Below the pieces are notes generated by a model that was not told the origin of the DNA, made no database searches, and was given only the letters and a program-made list of their open reading frames with translations. Both the position numbers and the translations under genes were made by a program. From NCBI GenBank assembly GCA_001829415.1, contig MIBE01000010.1, positions 69,926 through 133,925 of the forward strand: a stretch of DNA of 64,000 nucleotides, written 5' to 3'. Shown here one piece after another: positions 27,563 to 37,484 of this stretch (position 1 is the stretch's first letter; each line of letters begins with the position of its first letter). Origin of the DNA: Spirochaetes bacterium GWF1_51_8 (GTDB lineage: Bacteria; Spirochaetota; Brevinematia; Brevinematales; GWF1-51-8).

Positions 27563-28221
27563 TCCCTCGGATCGAGAATGGCGATCTCTTCCTGGAAGAT
27601 TTTCAGCTTATAATCGAAGTCCTTGCTCCAATGCTGGAAGTAGGTCGGGCCGAACACGATAGGCGCGATCTGGTAGAGTCGTTTCCATACGACCGCGCAC
27701 ATCTCCCGTATTTCCCATTGGGCATGCGGGCTGACCCGGAGGTCGATGATATGGAGCCATTCCCGGAAATTCGCGGTGATCGTCAGCGATGTCGGGGTGG
27801 CGTTCGGCAGAAGAAAACGCGCGTCTTCCTTGCGGATACCCATTTCGAGCAGGAGACGATAGCCTTCCTGTAAACTTTTCATCGCACCCTCGTAGAGCGC
27901 GAGAGCTTGGGGGCTTGCGGCGACCGAATCCGGCACGATATATTCGAAATGCGACTCGGTGACATAACGCTGGGAGCGCTGGGTGAAACTCGCGATCCGG
28001 TGCCGCACCAACTGGTGGGATGCCGCGCGGGATATCCCGTCGATATAGAAACTCGCCCATGAGTGTTCGAAAATGGAAAGATGCCCGTTCTTCATCAAGG
28101 TCGGCAGAAAGCTCTTGTAGGAATCCTCGCTGATCTTGCTATGGGAGTCGTAGCAGATTCGGGCGTTAAACTCGATATTCTTCTCCGGGTCCGGATTGTA
28201 AGACCGTAACTCAACATTCAT
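27559..28221 (-). CDS. thyX: FAD-dependent thymidylate synthase
   Basis: 220 aa. ThyX motif RHRIASFTQRSQRY. Its stop overlaps the rarA start by 4 nt (27559-27562). Confidence 0.92.
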   Translation of the reverse strand: MNVELRSYNPDPEKNIEFNARICYDSHSKISEDSYKSFLPTLMKNGHLSIFEHSWASFYIDGISRAASHQLVRHRIASFTQRSQRYVTESHFEYIVPDSVAASPQALALYEGAMKSLQEGYRLLLEMGIRKEDARFLLPNATPTSLTITANFREWLHIIDLRVSPHAQWEIREMCAVVWKRLYQIAPIVFGPTYFQHWSKDFDYKLKIFQEEIAILDPRD

Positions 28222-28230
28222 CTTTCCCTC

Positions 28231-28250
28231 GTTCGTTCGTTCGTTCGTTC
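28231..28250. repeat. Tetranucleotide microsatellite (GTTC)x5 in the thyX 5' region
   Basis: GTTCGTTCGTTCGTTCGTTC lies directly upstream (minus-strand sense: GAACx5) of the GAGGGAAAG-ATG of thyX. Confidence 0.9.
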
Positions 28251-28263
28251 GATATTTATCCGT

Positions 28264-29016
28264 TTACCTGTTTCTCAGTTTTGTCAGGAGGCGAAGAATT
28301 TCAAGGTAGAGCCAGATCAGCGTCATCATCAGGCCGAACGCGCCGTACCATTCGTAATACTTCGGAAGCGAGCCCTGCGAGCCCTGTTTGATGAACTCGA
28401 AGTCGAGGAGCAGATTGAGCGCGGCGATAATACAGACGACCGCGCTGATCCCGATCCCGAGCGGGCTCGATTCGTGCAGGAACGGCATCCCGCCGCCGAA
28501 GAGGCGCATGATCATGTTGACGCCGTACATCAATGCTACGCCCGCGGTCGCGGCGAAGATGCCGGTGCGGAGCCCGTTCGTCACCTTGATGATCCCGGTC
28601 GCGTAGATGAAGAGCATCGCCGCGAAGATACATAACGTGATCATGACGGCCTGTATGACTATTCCCTTAAACTGCATTTCTACGAACGCCGACAATGTGC
28701 CGAGGACGACGCCTTCCGCGACCGCGTAGATCGGCGAGAGGTAAGGAGCGGCTTTCTTCGCGAAGATGATGACCACGCCGAGAATAGCCGCGAGGATCGA
28801 ACTGCCGATCAGGACGGGCATCACCATGTCGAGGTATTCGCCCTTGAAGAACATATTCCACACGAACCCCGCGGGTAGAAGGAGCAGGACGAAAAGAAGC
28901 AGAGTTTTCAGCATCGTGCCCTGAAGGGTCATGACGCTCCCGCCTTCTATCGTCTCCGCGCCGGACTCGAACGTACTCTTCATGAACGCCGGATTGCCCG
29001 ATTTAAAAAGGTTCAT
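28264..29016 (-). CDS. Bax inhibitor-1/YccA-family membrane protein
   Basis: 250 aa with 7 TM segments. The C-terminal LGAFGLMMTLIWLYLEILRLL is typical of BI-1. Confidence 0.85.
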   Translation of the reverse strand: MNLFKSGNPAFMKSTFESGAETIEGGSVMTLQGTMLKTLLLFVLLLLPAGFVWNMFFKGEYLDMVMPVLIGSSILAAILGVVIIFAKKAAPYLSPIYAVAEGVVLGTLSAFVEMQFKGIVIQAVMITLCIFAAMLFIYATGIIKVTNGLRTGIFAATAGVALMYGVNMIMRLFGGGMPFLHESSPLGIGISAVVCIIAALNLLLDFEFIKQGSQGSLPKYYEWYGAFGLMMTLIWLYLEILRLLTKLRNR

Positions 29017-29125
29017 TTTTTCCTCCTGAATTTGTCCGGGTTAATTATACTATTCCCCGGGTTTCTTCGCAATAATCCGTTTTAAGATTGAGACAGGTTT
29101 CAAGAATTCGGTTTGGGGAGACCGC

Positions 29126-29815
29126 TTATCCCTTGGTGAGTTCGGCGATCTTCCATTTTCCGTTGATCTTTTTCAATGTCGCGTGAAGGCTGTATTCGAG
29201 ATAGATATTTTCCGCCAGGACATATCCTTCCATGCCGCCGTATGTCCTCACCTTGTAATAGATATTATTATCATCTCCCGGGGTGTATTGAAGCACGATT
29301 AATACTTCGTAGGATACGGATTTTAGGATTTTCCCTTTTTTGTCGGGATTCTTGTAGACCGGCGTATTCTTCATATTTGCGATACAAGGCTGGGCGCACA
29401 CATTCTTAACGGCATCCATTACTTGCGGGAACGCGCCGTACCAATAGGGGATAAGATATGCGTTTTTTGAGCCCTTAGCAAAGTCTCCGCCCCGCGACAA
29501 AATTTGCTCAAAGCCGTTCCAGAAAAACGGGTCGCCCGGGTCTTCATCGAGACCGAAATATTCGATAAAGCCGGCAATTCCCGGCTTTTCGGCTTTGGAA
29601 TAAAAAATATCCTTCGCGCATACCGATTTCAGTCCTTCGATATCTTTTTCCTGAACGATTGATTTCAGCTCATCGATAAATACCTTTAACGACAGATCGG
29701 AGCCCGATTTATCTTGAGGCTCTATTATTACCTGCTTAAATTCCTTGGACGATCCCGCTCCGGAATACGAAACAAGTAAAACCGTAAAGACGATAGCCCC
29801 AAAAAACCTCATCAT
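29126..29815 (-). CDS. Secreted hypothetical protein
   Basis: 229 aa with an N-terminal signal peptide MMRFFGAIVFTVLLVSYSGAG. The C-terminal part (PVYKNPDKKGKILK...YYKVRTYGGMEGYV) looks SH3b-like. Confidence 0.55.
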   Translation of the reverse strand: MMRFFGAIVFTVLLVSYSGAGSSKEFKQVIIEPQDKSGSDLSLKVFIDELKSIVQEKDIEGLKSVCAKDIFYSKAEKPGIAGFIEYFGLDEDPGDPFFWNGFEQILSRGGDFAKGSKNAYLIPYWYGAFPQVMDAVKNVCAQPCIANMKNTPVYKNPDKKGKILKSVSYEVLIVLQYTPGDDNNIYYKVRTYGGMEGYVLAENIYLEYSLHATLKKINGKWKIAELTKG

Positions 29816-29963
29816 TCATTACCCCTTGATACAATCTCATCCTTTCCCGATATGATTCGATACAGTATACCATTCCCGCTCCTTCTTTGCAAAAAACCGG
29901 ATTGTGATTCGCGATTGAAGAAGCACACCGCGATTTCCGATATATACACCCAGGGGATTTGAC

Positions 29964-30548
29964 ATGGAATGGTGGGCGTTCTTTTTACAAAGCGATCTAT
30001 TCAAATGGGGCTTACTGCCGCTTTTGATCTTCTGCGGGCGGCTCTGCGATGTCAGCCTCGGCACGATGCGCGTCATCTTTATCGGGAAAGGATACCGTTT
30101 CCTCGCACCGCTGATCGGTTTCTTCGAGGTGATGATCTGGCTTCTCGCGATGAGGCAGATCATGGGAAATCTCGACAATCTTGTTTACATGGTCGTCTAC
30201 GCGGCAGGTTTCGCGATGGGCAACTTCCTGGGCATCTATATCGAGAAACGGCTTTCTCTCGGGATGGTGCTTGTGCGGGTGATTGCCCGTGATGACTGCG
30301 GCGAACTCATCGATTTCCTGAGGCAGAATAAATTCGGAATCACCGTTCTCGATGGCGGGGGCGCGACCGGGCCTGTCAAACTGATCTTCTCCGTGATGGA
30401 ACGCAAGCAGGTGGAAGCGTATATCGATCTCGTGGAAACATTCAATCCGGGAACGTTTTTTACGGTCGAGGATATGCGGCTTGTCCACAGCCATTTCTTC
30501 CCGGTGAAAAGAGAGAAAACCGGCCGTCCGTTCATCAAGAGAAAATAA
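29964..30548 (+). CDS. UPF0316/DUF2179-family membrane protein
   Basis: 194 aa. Three TM helices, then a DUF2179-like soluble domain (GITVLDGGGATGP...FFTVEDMR). Confidence 0.75.
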   Translation: MEWWAFFLQSDLFKWGLLPLLIFCGRLCDVSLGTMRVIFIGKGYRFLAPLIGFFEVMIWLLAMRQIMGNLDNLVYMVVYAAGFAMGNFLGIYIEKRLSLGMVLVRVIARDDCGELIDFLRQNKFGITVLDGGGATGPVKLIFSVMERKQVEAYIDLVETFNPGTFFTVEDMRLVHSHFFPVKREKTGRPFIKRK

Positions 30549-30611
30549 TGAATCAAAGGCACTTCTAAAAACTCGTAAATAATAGGGAATTATCATACAT
30601 ATGAGGAATAG

Positions 30612-30750
30612 CCTTGTCATTGCGAGTGTAGCGAAGCAATCTATTTCATTATTCGAAAATAAATTACACCGATTGCTTCTACCGCGCTTCAATAAGTTTC
30701 TGTAGCGCCTGTCTACCTTCGGTAGAAGGCAGGCGGTATCGCAATGATAA
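30612..30750. repeat. Palindromic mini-repeat, copy 2
   Basis: GTCATTGCGAG...GCGAAGCAATCTATTTCATT...GATTGCTTCTACCGCGCTTC...CGGTATCGCAATGA. Nested hairpin CCTGTCTACCTTCGGTAGAAGGCAGG at 30708-30733, here in the opposite arm compared with copy 1. Confidence 0.85.
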
Positions 30751-30810
30751 AATAATTTCTTTCTTCTTTAACAGTACTCGATCACTCACGAGTTTTAAAA
30801 CTGCTTATTA

Positions 30811-31773
30811 TCAATTCTGCACGAGCCCCATCACCGGACGGTAGAACCAGACCTGCCCGGACGTCTTGTAGTTCAGGTCGAGCTCGCTCACAAGCACCGT
30901 CTTCTTATTCATCACATTCTGGTGCGCCACTTCGTAATGGAGTTTACCGAGCACCTTATAGACTATCGCCGTATGATCGGGACTGCCGTAGGTCTCCCAT
31001 GTCGTTCCGTTTTTCGTCTTGATCGTGATCTTCACCGTACTGAACTGGATGATGTCACCGGGCAGGATTTCGTCCTTTTCAGGATCGAGCGGAATACCGA
31101 AATCGGTCGTCCTCACCCAATCCGCGCTGAAGAGATCGAGCGCCGCCTGAGCGAGGTCCCAGCACTCGCCGCGTCCGACCTGCTGGCCCATGTTGGCGTC
31201 GACAAATGCGAGGACGTACGGATTGAGGAAGAGCTTCTTCTTATCCTGCGGGATATCCTTCTCGGACTGCACTCCGAATGCCGCGAGGGCCTGGAAGGTT
31301 TTCGCGTCGATACTGTCCGCGCCGAAAACGGTCACCTTGTAATTCCCAGCCCCGTCCTTCAGGAGATAGTAGACATTGAAATTCCCGTCCCAATCCGGCA
31401 TGAATTTGATATCGTGGGACTTTCCGCCGGAGCTTTTTATCTGGATCCAGAGAATCTTATACTTGGTCCAGCCCGCGAACGGCAGGGAGTAGCCGATCAC
31501 CGAGGGCACGGGCGAGAGTTTGAGGGTGTCCTCACCGCCGAGGTAGACCTGCACGGGCGCGCTTTTACTGTTCTGGTACTTGTCATGGTCGGGCGGCAGC
31601 GGCGATTTGACCGCCTTACCCCCAGTCTTTCCTGTCAGGTCGAAACCCTGCGCGATTTTATCCTGCGCCGAGGCGGTGTCTGACGGCTTGTCCTGCTTCT
31701 TGACAGCCTGCCCGCCGCAGGACAGTGTCGATAGCGCAATCAGAATTCCCGTGAACAACGATAAACCTTTCAT
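30811..31773 (-). CDS. Lipoprotein with a possible C-terminal papain-fold (CHAP/NlpC-P60-like) domain
   Basis: 320 aa. Lipobox ALSTLSCG. Candidate catalytic pair GECWDLA ... SPDHTAIV. The domain call is tentative. Confidence 0.45.
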   Translation of the reverse strand: MKGLSLFTGILIALSTLSCGGQAVKKQDKPSDTASAQDKIAQGFDLTGKTGGKAVKSPLPPDHDKYQNSKSAPVQVYLGGEDTLKLSPVPSVIGYSLPFAGWTKYKILWIQIKSSGGKSHDIKFMPDWDGNFNVYYLLKDGAGNYKVTVFGADSIDAKTFQALAAFGVQSEKDIPQDKKKLFLNPYVLAFVDANMGQQVGRGECWDLAQAALDLFSADWVRTTDFGIPLDPEKDEILPGDIIQFSTVKITIKTKNGTTWETYGSPDHTAIVYKVLGKLHYEVAHQNVMNKKTVLVSELDLNYKTSGQVWFYRPVMGLVQN

Positions 31774-31802
31774 TTCACCGTCCCTCCGCTGTTAGTATAA
31801 AA

Positions 31803-31831
31803 ATCTTACGGGAGGAAGCGGGATTTGTCAA
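31803..31831 (-). promoter_or_regulatory. Sigma-70-type promoter of the lipoprotein gene
   Basis: Minus strand: TTGACA (31831-31826), 17 nt, TAAGAT (31808-31803). GGAGGGA Shine-Dalgarno precedes ATG 31773. Confidence 0.5.
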
Positions 31832-31849
31832 GCGGCGGGCGAAAACTCG

Positions 31850-32569
31850 TCAGTTGAGCCGGGTGCGGAATTTCAGATACCCGAGGATGAGAAACAAAAA
31901 ATGACTCGCGAACCCAAGAAGGAGCACGGGCAGAAAGACTTCCCATCCGGCGGAGAGCGACTCGAACGATTTACCCGCCCAGAACGACGGCATGATCCCG
32001 CCGATATACTGGAGCGGCGATTTCGTGAAAAACGGGACGCACATCGGCAGGAAGAACACGCCGTCCAGCTTTGCCAGCGCCAGTCCCTCGACTTTGTTGC
32101 TCGCGAACGAGCTGAGGAATAGCGTCACGATCGGCGCCTCGAGTGAAGTCATGAGCGCGACCGGGATGAACCGGATAAAGTCGAATTGCATCAGCCCTAT
32201 GAACGGGGTCAGCGCGAGCACCATCACAAGACTCGTCAGTGTCGGGATGGATAACTTGTACCAGACATAACCCATCTTGCCGAGCGGGGTCACCGCGAGG
32301 GCGGTCAATGTGTTCTCGTCACGGTCGTCAAGGAGCATGAACCCGATCACGAACCCGTACATCGACGGGACGATCACCGGGAAGAACGCGGTGATAAGGG
32401 GGTAGTAGTCCCGAAGTTCGAAATAGGGCGCGGCAAGTTCCCTGAGCGGCGGAATTCCAAACTTGAAGACGAGCGCGATCAGGATCGGCGCTAACGTGAT
32501 CGCGATCAGGATGCTGTCACGGCTGATACTTTTAATATCGGTTTTCAGTAATGCGGCTATTCTTTTCAT
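31850..32569 (-). CDS. ABC-2-type transporter permease
   Basis: ORF 31850..33022 trimmed to MKRIAALLKTDIK (ATG 32569, overlapping the upstream stop as ATGA). Six TM segments. Confidence 0.75.
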   Translation of the reverse strand: MKRIAALLKTDIKSISRDSILIAITLAPILIALVFKFGIPPLRELAAPYFELRDYYPLITAFFPVIVPSMYGFVIGFMLLDDRDENTLTALAVTPLGKMGYVWYKLSIPTLTSLVMVLALTPFIGLMQFDFIRFIPVALMTSLEAPIVTLFLSSFASNKVEGLALAKLDGVFFLPMCVPFFTKSPLQYIGGIMPSFWAGKSFESLSAGWEVFLPVLLLGFASHFLFLILGYLKFRTRLN

Positions 32570-33279
32570 TTTTTCTCCCCTTGAACATGGACAATCCCAT
32601 CTTCGACACGTTTTCTCGCCCATAGGAACGTCCCGATGTTCCATACCGCCATCACGGCGTAGGCCGCGGCGATACGGAGAGGTTCGATCTTCGACGGATC
32701 GAACGCGCCGCCTATCAGGGTGATGGACGCCCATGTCGGGAACGCCCAGAAAACGTAGGATGTCAGGACGCCGTAGTAGTCGAGCGCGGGTACGAAGAAG
32801 AGTGTCAGATACACGACAGCCGTGAGGAAGTAGGCATTGACACTTTTTACCCTGCTCACCGCGACGATCCCGATCTGGATGAACACGGTCGATGTCAGAA
32901 GGATGCCGGTGAGGAAGAGCGCCCAGTTGAACCCGAGGCCGACCGAAGTAACCGCGATGAGCGAGCTTGTCACAAGCGCGAGCGCGGAAAGCGAAAGATC
33001 TTTCGCGGCGATGTATTCCCACACACGGATCGGTGTGACGAAAAGGTTCTGGAGGGTGTTCTCGTCCTTTTCCATCAGGATCAGTCCGCCGATAAAGGCG
33101 AAGCCCAGTACCGACGGGTCGGTGAAAACGATCAATGCGGCGATGGGCGCCCGTGCGGACGGCTCGATGAGATTGAGCATGACGATGTAGAGTGCTGTCA
33201 GCACGGTGTAAGCGTAGTAGAACCCGTGGCGGAAGTGCAGGACGAACTGGTAGCTTAAGACCGCGATGAAACGAGTCAT
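32566..33279 (-). CDS. ABC-2-type transporter permease
   Basis: 237 aa, six TM segments. 4-nt overlaps with both neighbouring genes. Confidence 0.75.
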   Translation of the reverse strand: MTRFIAVLSYQFVLHFRHGFYYAYTVLTALYIVMLNLIEPSARAPIAALIVFTDPSVLGFAFIGGLILMEKDENTLQNLFVTPIRVWEYIAAKDLSLSALALVTSSLIAVTSVGLGFNWALFLTGILLTSTVFIQIGIVAVSRVKSVNAYFLTAVVYLTLFFVPALDYYGVLTSYVFWAFPTWASITLIGGAFDPSKIEPLRIAAAYAVMAVWNIGTFLWARKRVEDGIVHVQGEKK

Positions 33280-34151
33280 GACGCCTCCCCGGGAACGGCG
33301 CCCAGTTCGCGGCCGGTGAGCTTAATGAAGATATCCGCGAGCGATGCTTCCTGCGAATGGATTGTTTCGATCTTCTCGTTTTTCAGGATGTCGAGGAACT
33401 TTTTGTTTCCCCCGATCCCGTCGAAGTCGAACTCCTCGCTTTTTACCGTAGAGTTATTCCGGTACTCGACACGGACGGTCTTCCGTCCGTACTTGATTTT
33501 CAGCTCACGGGGGGAATCCGCCGCCGAGATAGTGCCGTCCACAATGAACGCCACACGGTCGCAGAGTTCGTCGGCATCGGTCATATTATGGGTGGTCAGG
33601 AAAACGGTTTTACCGGAGGCCTTCTTTTCGAGGATGATATCCTTTATAATCCGGGCGTTGACAGGATCGAGCCCGGAGGTGGGTTCGTCGAGGAAAAGGA
33701 GATCGGGCATATTGAGCAGCGAACGGCAGAAGTTCAGGCGCATCTTCATTCCTTTGGAATAGTTCGCCACCCGGACATCGCGGTCGTCGTATAGCCCGAC
33801 ACGCTTCATCAGTTCCGAGGGGTTCTCGGTCCTGCCGGAGTAGAGCGACGCGAAGAAACGGAGGTTCTCGATACCGGTCAGTTTGCCGAACAGGTTGGGG
33901 AACTCGAACGAGACCCCGATATGTTCGTAGAACTCCGGGCCAGCCTTTCCTGCTTCGGTGCCGTTGACAATAGCGGCTCCGGCGTACCCTCGCAGGATGC
34001 CGATGATAATCTTCTGGGTGGTCGACTTACCCGCGCCCGACGGCCCGAGGAAGCCGAATATCTCGCCCGGCTCGATATTGAAGTTTAAGCCGCGTACCGC
34101 CTCGGCCGGCGCGCCGGGGTAGGCGTAATGCAAATCCTTAACGTTTATCAT
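33276..34151 (-). CDS. ABC transporter ATP-binding protein
   Basis: 291 aa. Walker A GPSGAGKST, signature YSKGMKMRL, Walker B LLFLDEPTSGLD. Confidence 0.92.
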   Translation of the reverse strand: MINVKDLHYAYPGAPAEAVRGLNFNIEPGEIFGFLGPSGAGKSTTQKIIIGILRGYAGAAIVNGTEAGKAGPEFYEHIGVSFEFPNLFGKLTGIENLRFFASLYSGRTENPSELMKRVGLYDDRDVRVANYSKGMKMRLNFCRSLLNMPDLLFLDEPTSGLDPVNARIIKDIILEKKASGKTVFLTTHNMTDADELCDRVAFIVDGTISAADSPRELKIKYGRKTVRVEYRNNSTVKSEEFDFDGIGGNKKFLDILKNEKIETIHSQEASLADIFIKLTGRELGAVPGEAS

Positions 34152-34159
34152 GAAACCTC

Positions 34160-34759
34160 CTATTCTCTGATAAGCGAATCGCAGACGATGTCGATGAAGA
34201 GATCGAGTACCTTGTCGAAAACATTTTCTCCGATTTCCTTCTTATGCAGGAGTGAGAAGAACATGAGCTTCAACAAGCCGGAAATGGCCTCGGGGGCAAT
34301 ATGCTTTTTATCGTCGCGCAGAAGCGATAAAAACGCCGTGATATTATGGTCTGCGTCGTTCTTCAAATGCGCCTCGACTCGTTCTGGGGGAAGCCGCCGG
34401 AGAAGATTTGTGTATTCGTCCTTATCGGTGACAACCCTGAAAATCGGCTCTTTCTCCACCGCCTCCATCTGGTAGCGCAGGAATTTCTTCATCGTCTCCC
34501 TCGGCTTGAACGGTTCACGGAAAAACTCATTGACGACGGCGTCCCTGTTTTTTGCTTCGAGTTCTTCCATAATATCCATAAAGAGTTCTTCCTTGGAATC
34601 GTAGAAGATGTAGAACGAGCCCTTGGCGATCCCGGCGGCCTTCGCGATATCTTCGATATTGGTGCGCTTGATCCCGTAGGCGGAAAAAAGCTCCTTTCCG
34701 GACTTCATGATATCGCGGCGGATCAGTTCCCGTTCTTCCGGCTTGAACGCTCTCGGCAT
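34160..34759 (-). CDS. TetR/AcrR-family transcriptional regulator
   Basis: ATG 34759 (GAGGAG lies 5 nt upstream). HTH FSAYGIKRTNIEDIAKAAGIAKGSFYIFY. First gene of the ABC operon. Confidence 0.88.
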   Translation of the reverse strand: MPRAFKPEERELIRRDIMKSGKELFSAYGIKRTNIEDIAKAAGIAKGSFYIFYDSKEELFMDIMEELEAKNRDAVVNEFFREPFKPRETMKKFLRYQMEAVEKEPIFRVVTDKDEYTNLLRRLPPERVEAHLKNDADHNITAFLSLLRDDKKHIAPEAISGLLKLMFFSLLHKKEIGENVFDKVLDLFIDIVCDSLIRE

Positions 34760-34773
34760 AGACACTCCTCGCA

Positions 34774-34833
34774 GTGACTAAATATAATAAATAGTCACAG
34801 AGATATTGTAGCATATCCTTTCCCCGGTGTCAA
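34774..34833 (-). promoter_or_regulatory. tetR-ABC operon promoter with palindromic operator
   Basis: Minus strand: TTGACA (34833-34828), 17 nt, TACAAT (34810-34805), then the inverted repeat GTGACTA-N11-TAGTCAC (34774-34798) between the -10 box and the Shine-Dalgarno sequence. Confidence 0.6.
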
Positions 34834-34839
34834 GGGGCA

Positions 34840-34875
34840 GGAAAAGAAAAAGGCGCCTTTTTTACGGGCGCCTTT
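34840..34875 (-). terminator. Rho-independent terminator of the cupin-purD-phosphoesterase operon
   Basis: Stem AAAGGCGCC/GGCGCCTTT (34849-34857/34867-34875), followed on the minus strand by TTCTTTTCC. Confidence 0.55.
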
Positions 34876-35061
34876 CCTTATCAATCGAAGGAGGTGTATA
34901 CGCTTGTTTTGAGGAGGAGCGGGGACACAGTGGGTGTGTGCCCCCGCGATGTATGTGTTATTCGGTGTGTTGTTTTCATATATATCAGACGCCGAAACGC
35001 GGGATCGGTTAGACGAGGTGGAAATATTTTTAGCGCAGATTACTGATGGTAAAACAGCGGT

Positions 35062-36168
35062 TTACTTCTTAAGCTGAAACGTGTCCACCGTCTCGTTCTG
35101 GAGCGTGTGCGCCGTGACAGTGATCGAATCGCTAGCGACATCGAACAGCGTAAACACGTTCTTCGCGTGATACTCAAACTGGCGGTACGGGTTATCGCTT
35201 CCCGGGGTATCGGTGATCGGCGAGACGCTCCCGCCCGTGATATACAAGATCCCGTTCTTTACCGAACGCTCGTACAGGTTGTCCATCCCGTTAATCACGA
35301 GATCGACCTTGTATTGCTCGAGTAACGGGATCAGTGTCGCGTGGATCTGCGGCATGGATTTATCGTTCTTCTTGGCGGTGGTCGAGAACGGCGCGTGATG
35401 GAACACGACGATCTTCCATTTAGACTTCGCGGTTTTCAGTTCCTCGACAAGCCAGATATACTGCGCGGAATCCTTTTCGAGGTACATCCCGGTATTGAGC
35501 ACGATCACCGTCGCGTAGGGAAGTTCGTAGGAGTAGAACGGGAAACGTTTATTGGATACATCGAAAAGCTTTTCCCAAATTTGGCCGTAATAATCCTTTA
35601 CCCCGACTACCGGCATAAACACACAACCCTTGAAAAGCTTTTCCCCGGCGGTGAAGAATTTCTGCCATTCGTCAAAATTGTAGCTGTCTTTCGTGAGGTT
35701 ACCGGGTATGATGAAAAAGTTCGGTGCGAACTGCTTGACGGTTTCGCTCATCTTCGAGAAATCGTTCAAACTCTCCGCGGTATCGCCGAACACGGCGAAA
35801 CGGAACTTGTCGGCCGGGAACATCGAGAGGCAGGACTGCTTTCCGTGGAACTGCGGGATCAGGGACTCGATTGTGAACTGGTAGTTCTTCGAGGGTTCGA
35901 CCTTGACCGGAAACGCATGAAACTTAACCTTGTTTTCTTTCTTTACAAAGACGATCTTACCGTCATGTATCTTGAGATTGAATTTTTCTTTCTTTCCGGT
36001 GAAGTAAGCGACCGTTACGCTTTTAGCCTTTTTACTGGAATAGGTCATATACGGCCCGAAGCCGGAAGTGATGTTCTGCGCGAATGCATGGCCAGCGAAA
36101 AGCCCCGGTACCAGCACTCCGATAATGACCGCGATCTTTAACCAAATCCCTTTTAAAACCGTAAACAT
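35062..36168 (-). CDS. Calcineurin-like metallophosphoesterase (purple acid phosphatase-like), secreted
   Basis: 368 aa with a signal peptide. FAVFGDT, PGNLT, VFHHAP and NGMDNLYER motifs. Confidence 0.8.
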   Translation of the reverse strand: MFTVLKGIWLKIAVIIGVLVPGLFAGHAFAQNITSGFGPYMTYSSKKAKSVTVAYFTGKKEKFNLKIHDGKIVFVKKENKVKFHAFPVKVEPSKNYQFTIESLIPQFHGKQSCLSMFPADKFRFAVFGDTAESLNDFSKMSETVKQFAPNFFIIPGNLTKDSYNFDEWQKFFTAGEKLFKGCVFMPVVGVKDYYGQIWEKLFDVSNKRFPFYSYELPYATVIVLNTGMYLEKDSAQYIWLVEELKTAKSKWKIVVFHHAPFSTTAKKNDKSMPQIHATLIPLLEQYKVDLVINGMDNLYERSVKNGILYITGGSVSPITDTPGSDNPYRQFEYHAKNVFTLFDVASDSITVTAHTLQNETVDTFQLKK

Positions 36169-36177
36169 GATGCCGCC

Positions 36178-37470
36178 TTATTTGATGTTATTGTTCTTGA
36201 TCGCCTTCAAACCCTTTGCGCCGATGTCCTTACGGTAGTACTTGCCGGCGAAATCGATCTTCGCGGCCTTCTCGTACGCGCGGCGGATCGACTGTTCGAG
36301 GGTCGTCCCCAGCGCGGATACGCAGAGCACCCTGCCGCCGTTAGTGACTACGCGCCCGTCGGATAACGCCTTCGTACCGGCATGGAAGACGAAACAGTTG
36401 GTTTCATCGCCGAAGCTCCCCGCAAGCGGATCGCCCTTCCGGTAGCTGTCGGGATACCCTTCCGCCGCGATCACCACACCCGTGCAGTAGCCGTCGTAGT
36501 AACCGAATGTCAGCCGCGACAGTTCCTCGTGCATACACGCCCAGACCGCGGTAAGGAAATCAGTCTCGAGGAGCGGCAGGATCACCTGCGCCTCGGGGTC
36601 GCCCAGACGGACATTATACTCGATTACCGACGGCCCGCTCGGCGTGAGCATCAGCCCGAAGTAAAGGATTCCTGTGTACGGATTGCCCTCTTTGGCCATC
36701 CCGGCGACGGTCGGTTTGATGATGTTCTCTTCTATCATTGTCCGTGTCACGCTATCGAGAAACGGCACCGGGGCGTATGCGCCCATCCCTCCGGTGTTCG
36801 GCCCTTCGTCGCCGTCGAAGATGCGCTTATGGTCCTGAGCGGACGCGAGCCACCTGTAGTCCTTGCCGTCGGTCAGGATGAACACGCTGACTTCTTCGCC
36901 CTCGAGGAGGTCTTCCACGACAATCCTGTTCCCGGCGTCGCCGAACTCGCGTTTGACCATAATTCTATTGATCGAATCCAATGTTTCCTGTACCGTCTTA
37001 TTGACTATGGCGCCCTTTCCCGCCGCGAGTCCGTCGGTCTTGACAACGAACGGCTTCCCAGCTCCCGCGACATACTCGACCGCGGCCTTGGGGTCGTCGA
37101 ATATCCTGAAGCGCGCGGTAGGGATGGTATTCCGGGCGAGGAATTCCTTCATGAACGATTTGCTTCCCTCGAGCTGGGCGGCCTTCTTGGTCGGCCCGAA
37201 CGTCTTGATCCCTTCGCGGCGCAGACAATCGACTATGCCGTCCACAAGCGGAGTTTCCGGCCCAACGATCACAAGATCGATCTCGGCGTCCTCGCAGAAG
37301 TCGATGACCTCGCCGAACGGGTACTCCAATGACAGGAGGATATTTTCGCCGTACTTGAGAGTTCCGCCGTTGCCGGGAGAGATAAAGACCTTCCGCACCA
37401 ACGGGCTTCGTGCGACCGACCATGCGATCGCGCTTTCGCGTCCGCCGCTCCCGATTACCAGGATATTCAT
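36178..37470 (-). CDS. purD: Phosphoribosylamine--glycine ligase
   Basis: 430 aa. MNILVIGSGGRE, ATP-grasp core (VVKTDGLAAGKG), GPNTGGMGAY and VIEYNVRLGDPE. Confidence 0.95.
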   Translation of the reverse strand: MNILVIGSGGRESAIAWSVARSPLVRKVFISPGNGGTLKYGENILLSLEYPFGEVIDFCEDAEIDLVIVGPETPLVDGIVDCLRREGIKTFGPTKKAAQLEGSKSFMKEFLARNTIPTARFRIFDDPKAAVEYVAGAGKPFVVKTDGLAAGKGAIVNKTVQETLDSINRIMVKREFGDAGNRIVVEDLLEGEEVSVFILTDGKDYRWLASAQDHKRIFDGDEGPNTGGMGAYAPVPFLDSVTRTMIEENIIKPTVAGMAKEGNPYTGILYFGLMLTPSGPSVIEYNVRLGDPEAQVILPLLETDFLTAVWACMHEELSRLTFGYYDGYCTGVVIAAEGYPDSYRKGDPLAGSFGDETNCFVFHAGTKALSDGRVVTNGGRVLCVSALGTTLEQSIRRAYEKAAKIDFAGKYYRKDIGAKGLKAIKNNNIK

Positions 37471-37484
37471 CGATTACCTGCCTT

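Noticed and set aside
32570-33022. 151-aa N-terminal extension of ORF 31850..33022
   Set aside because: The extension is Arg/His/Pro-rich and fully overlaps the neighbouring ABC-2 permease gene in another frame. The real start is the ATGA-coupled ATG at 32569.
34881-35061. GC-rich hairpin GCGGGGACACA-GTGGG-TGTGTGCCCCCGC in the 186-nt region after the phosphoesterase gene, considered as a possible sRNA or riboswitch
   Set aside because: No promoter, no flanking T-run and no conserved-motif resemblance. It is most simply part of the operon 3' UTR ahead of the terminator at 34840-34875.
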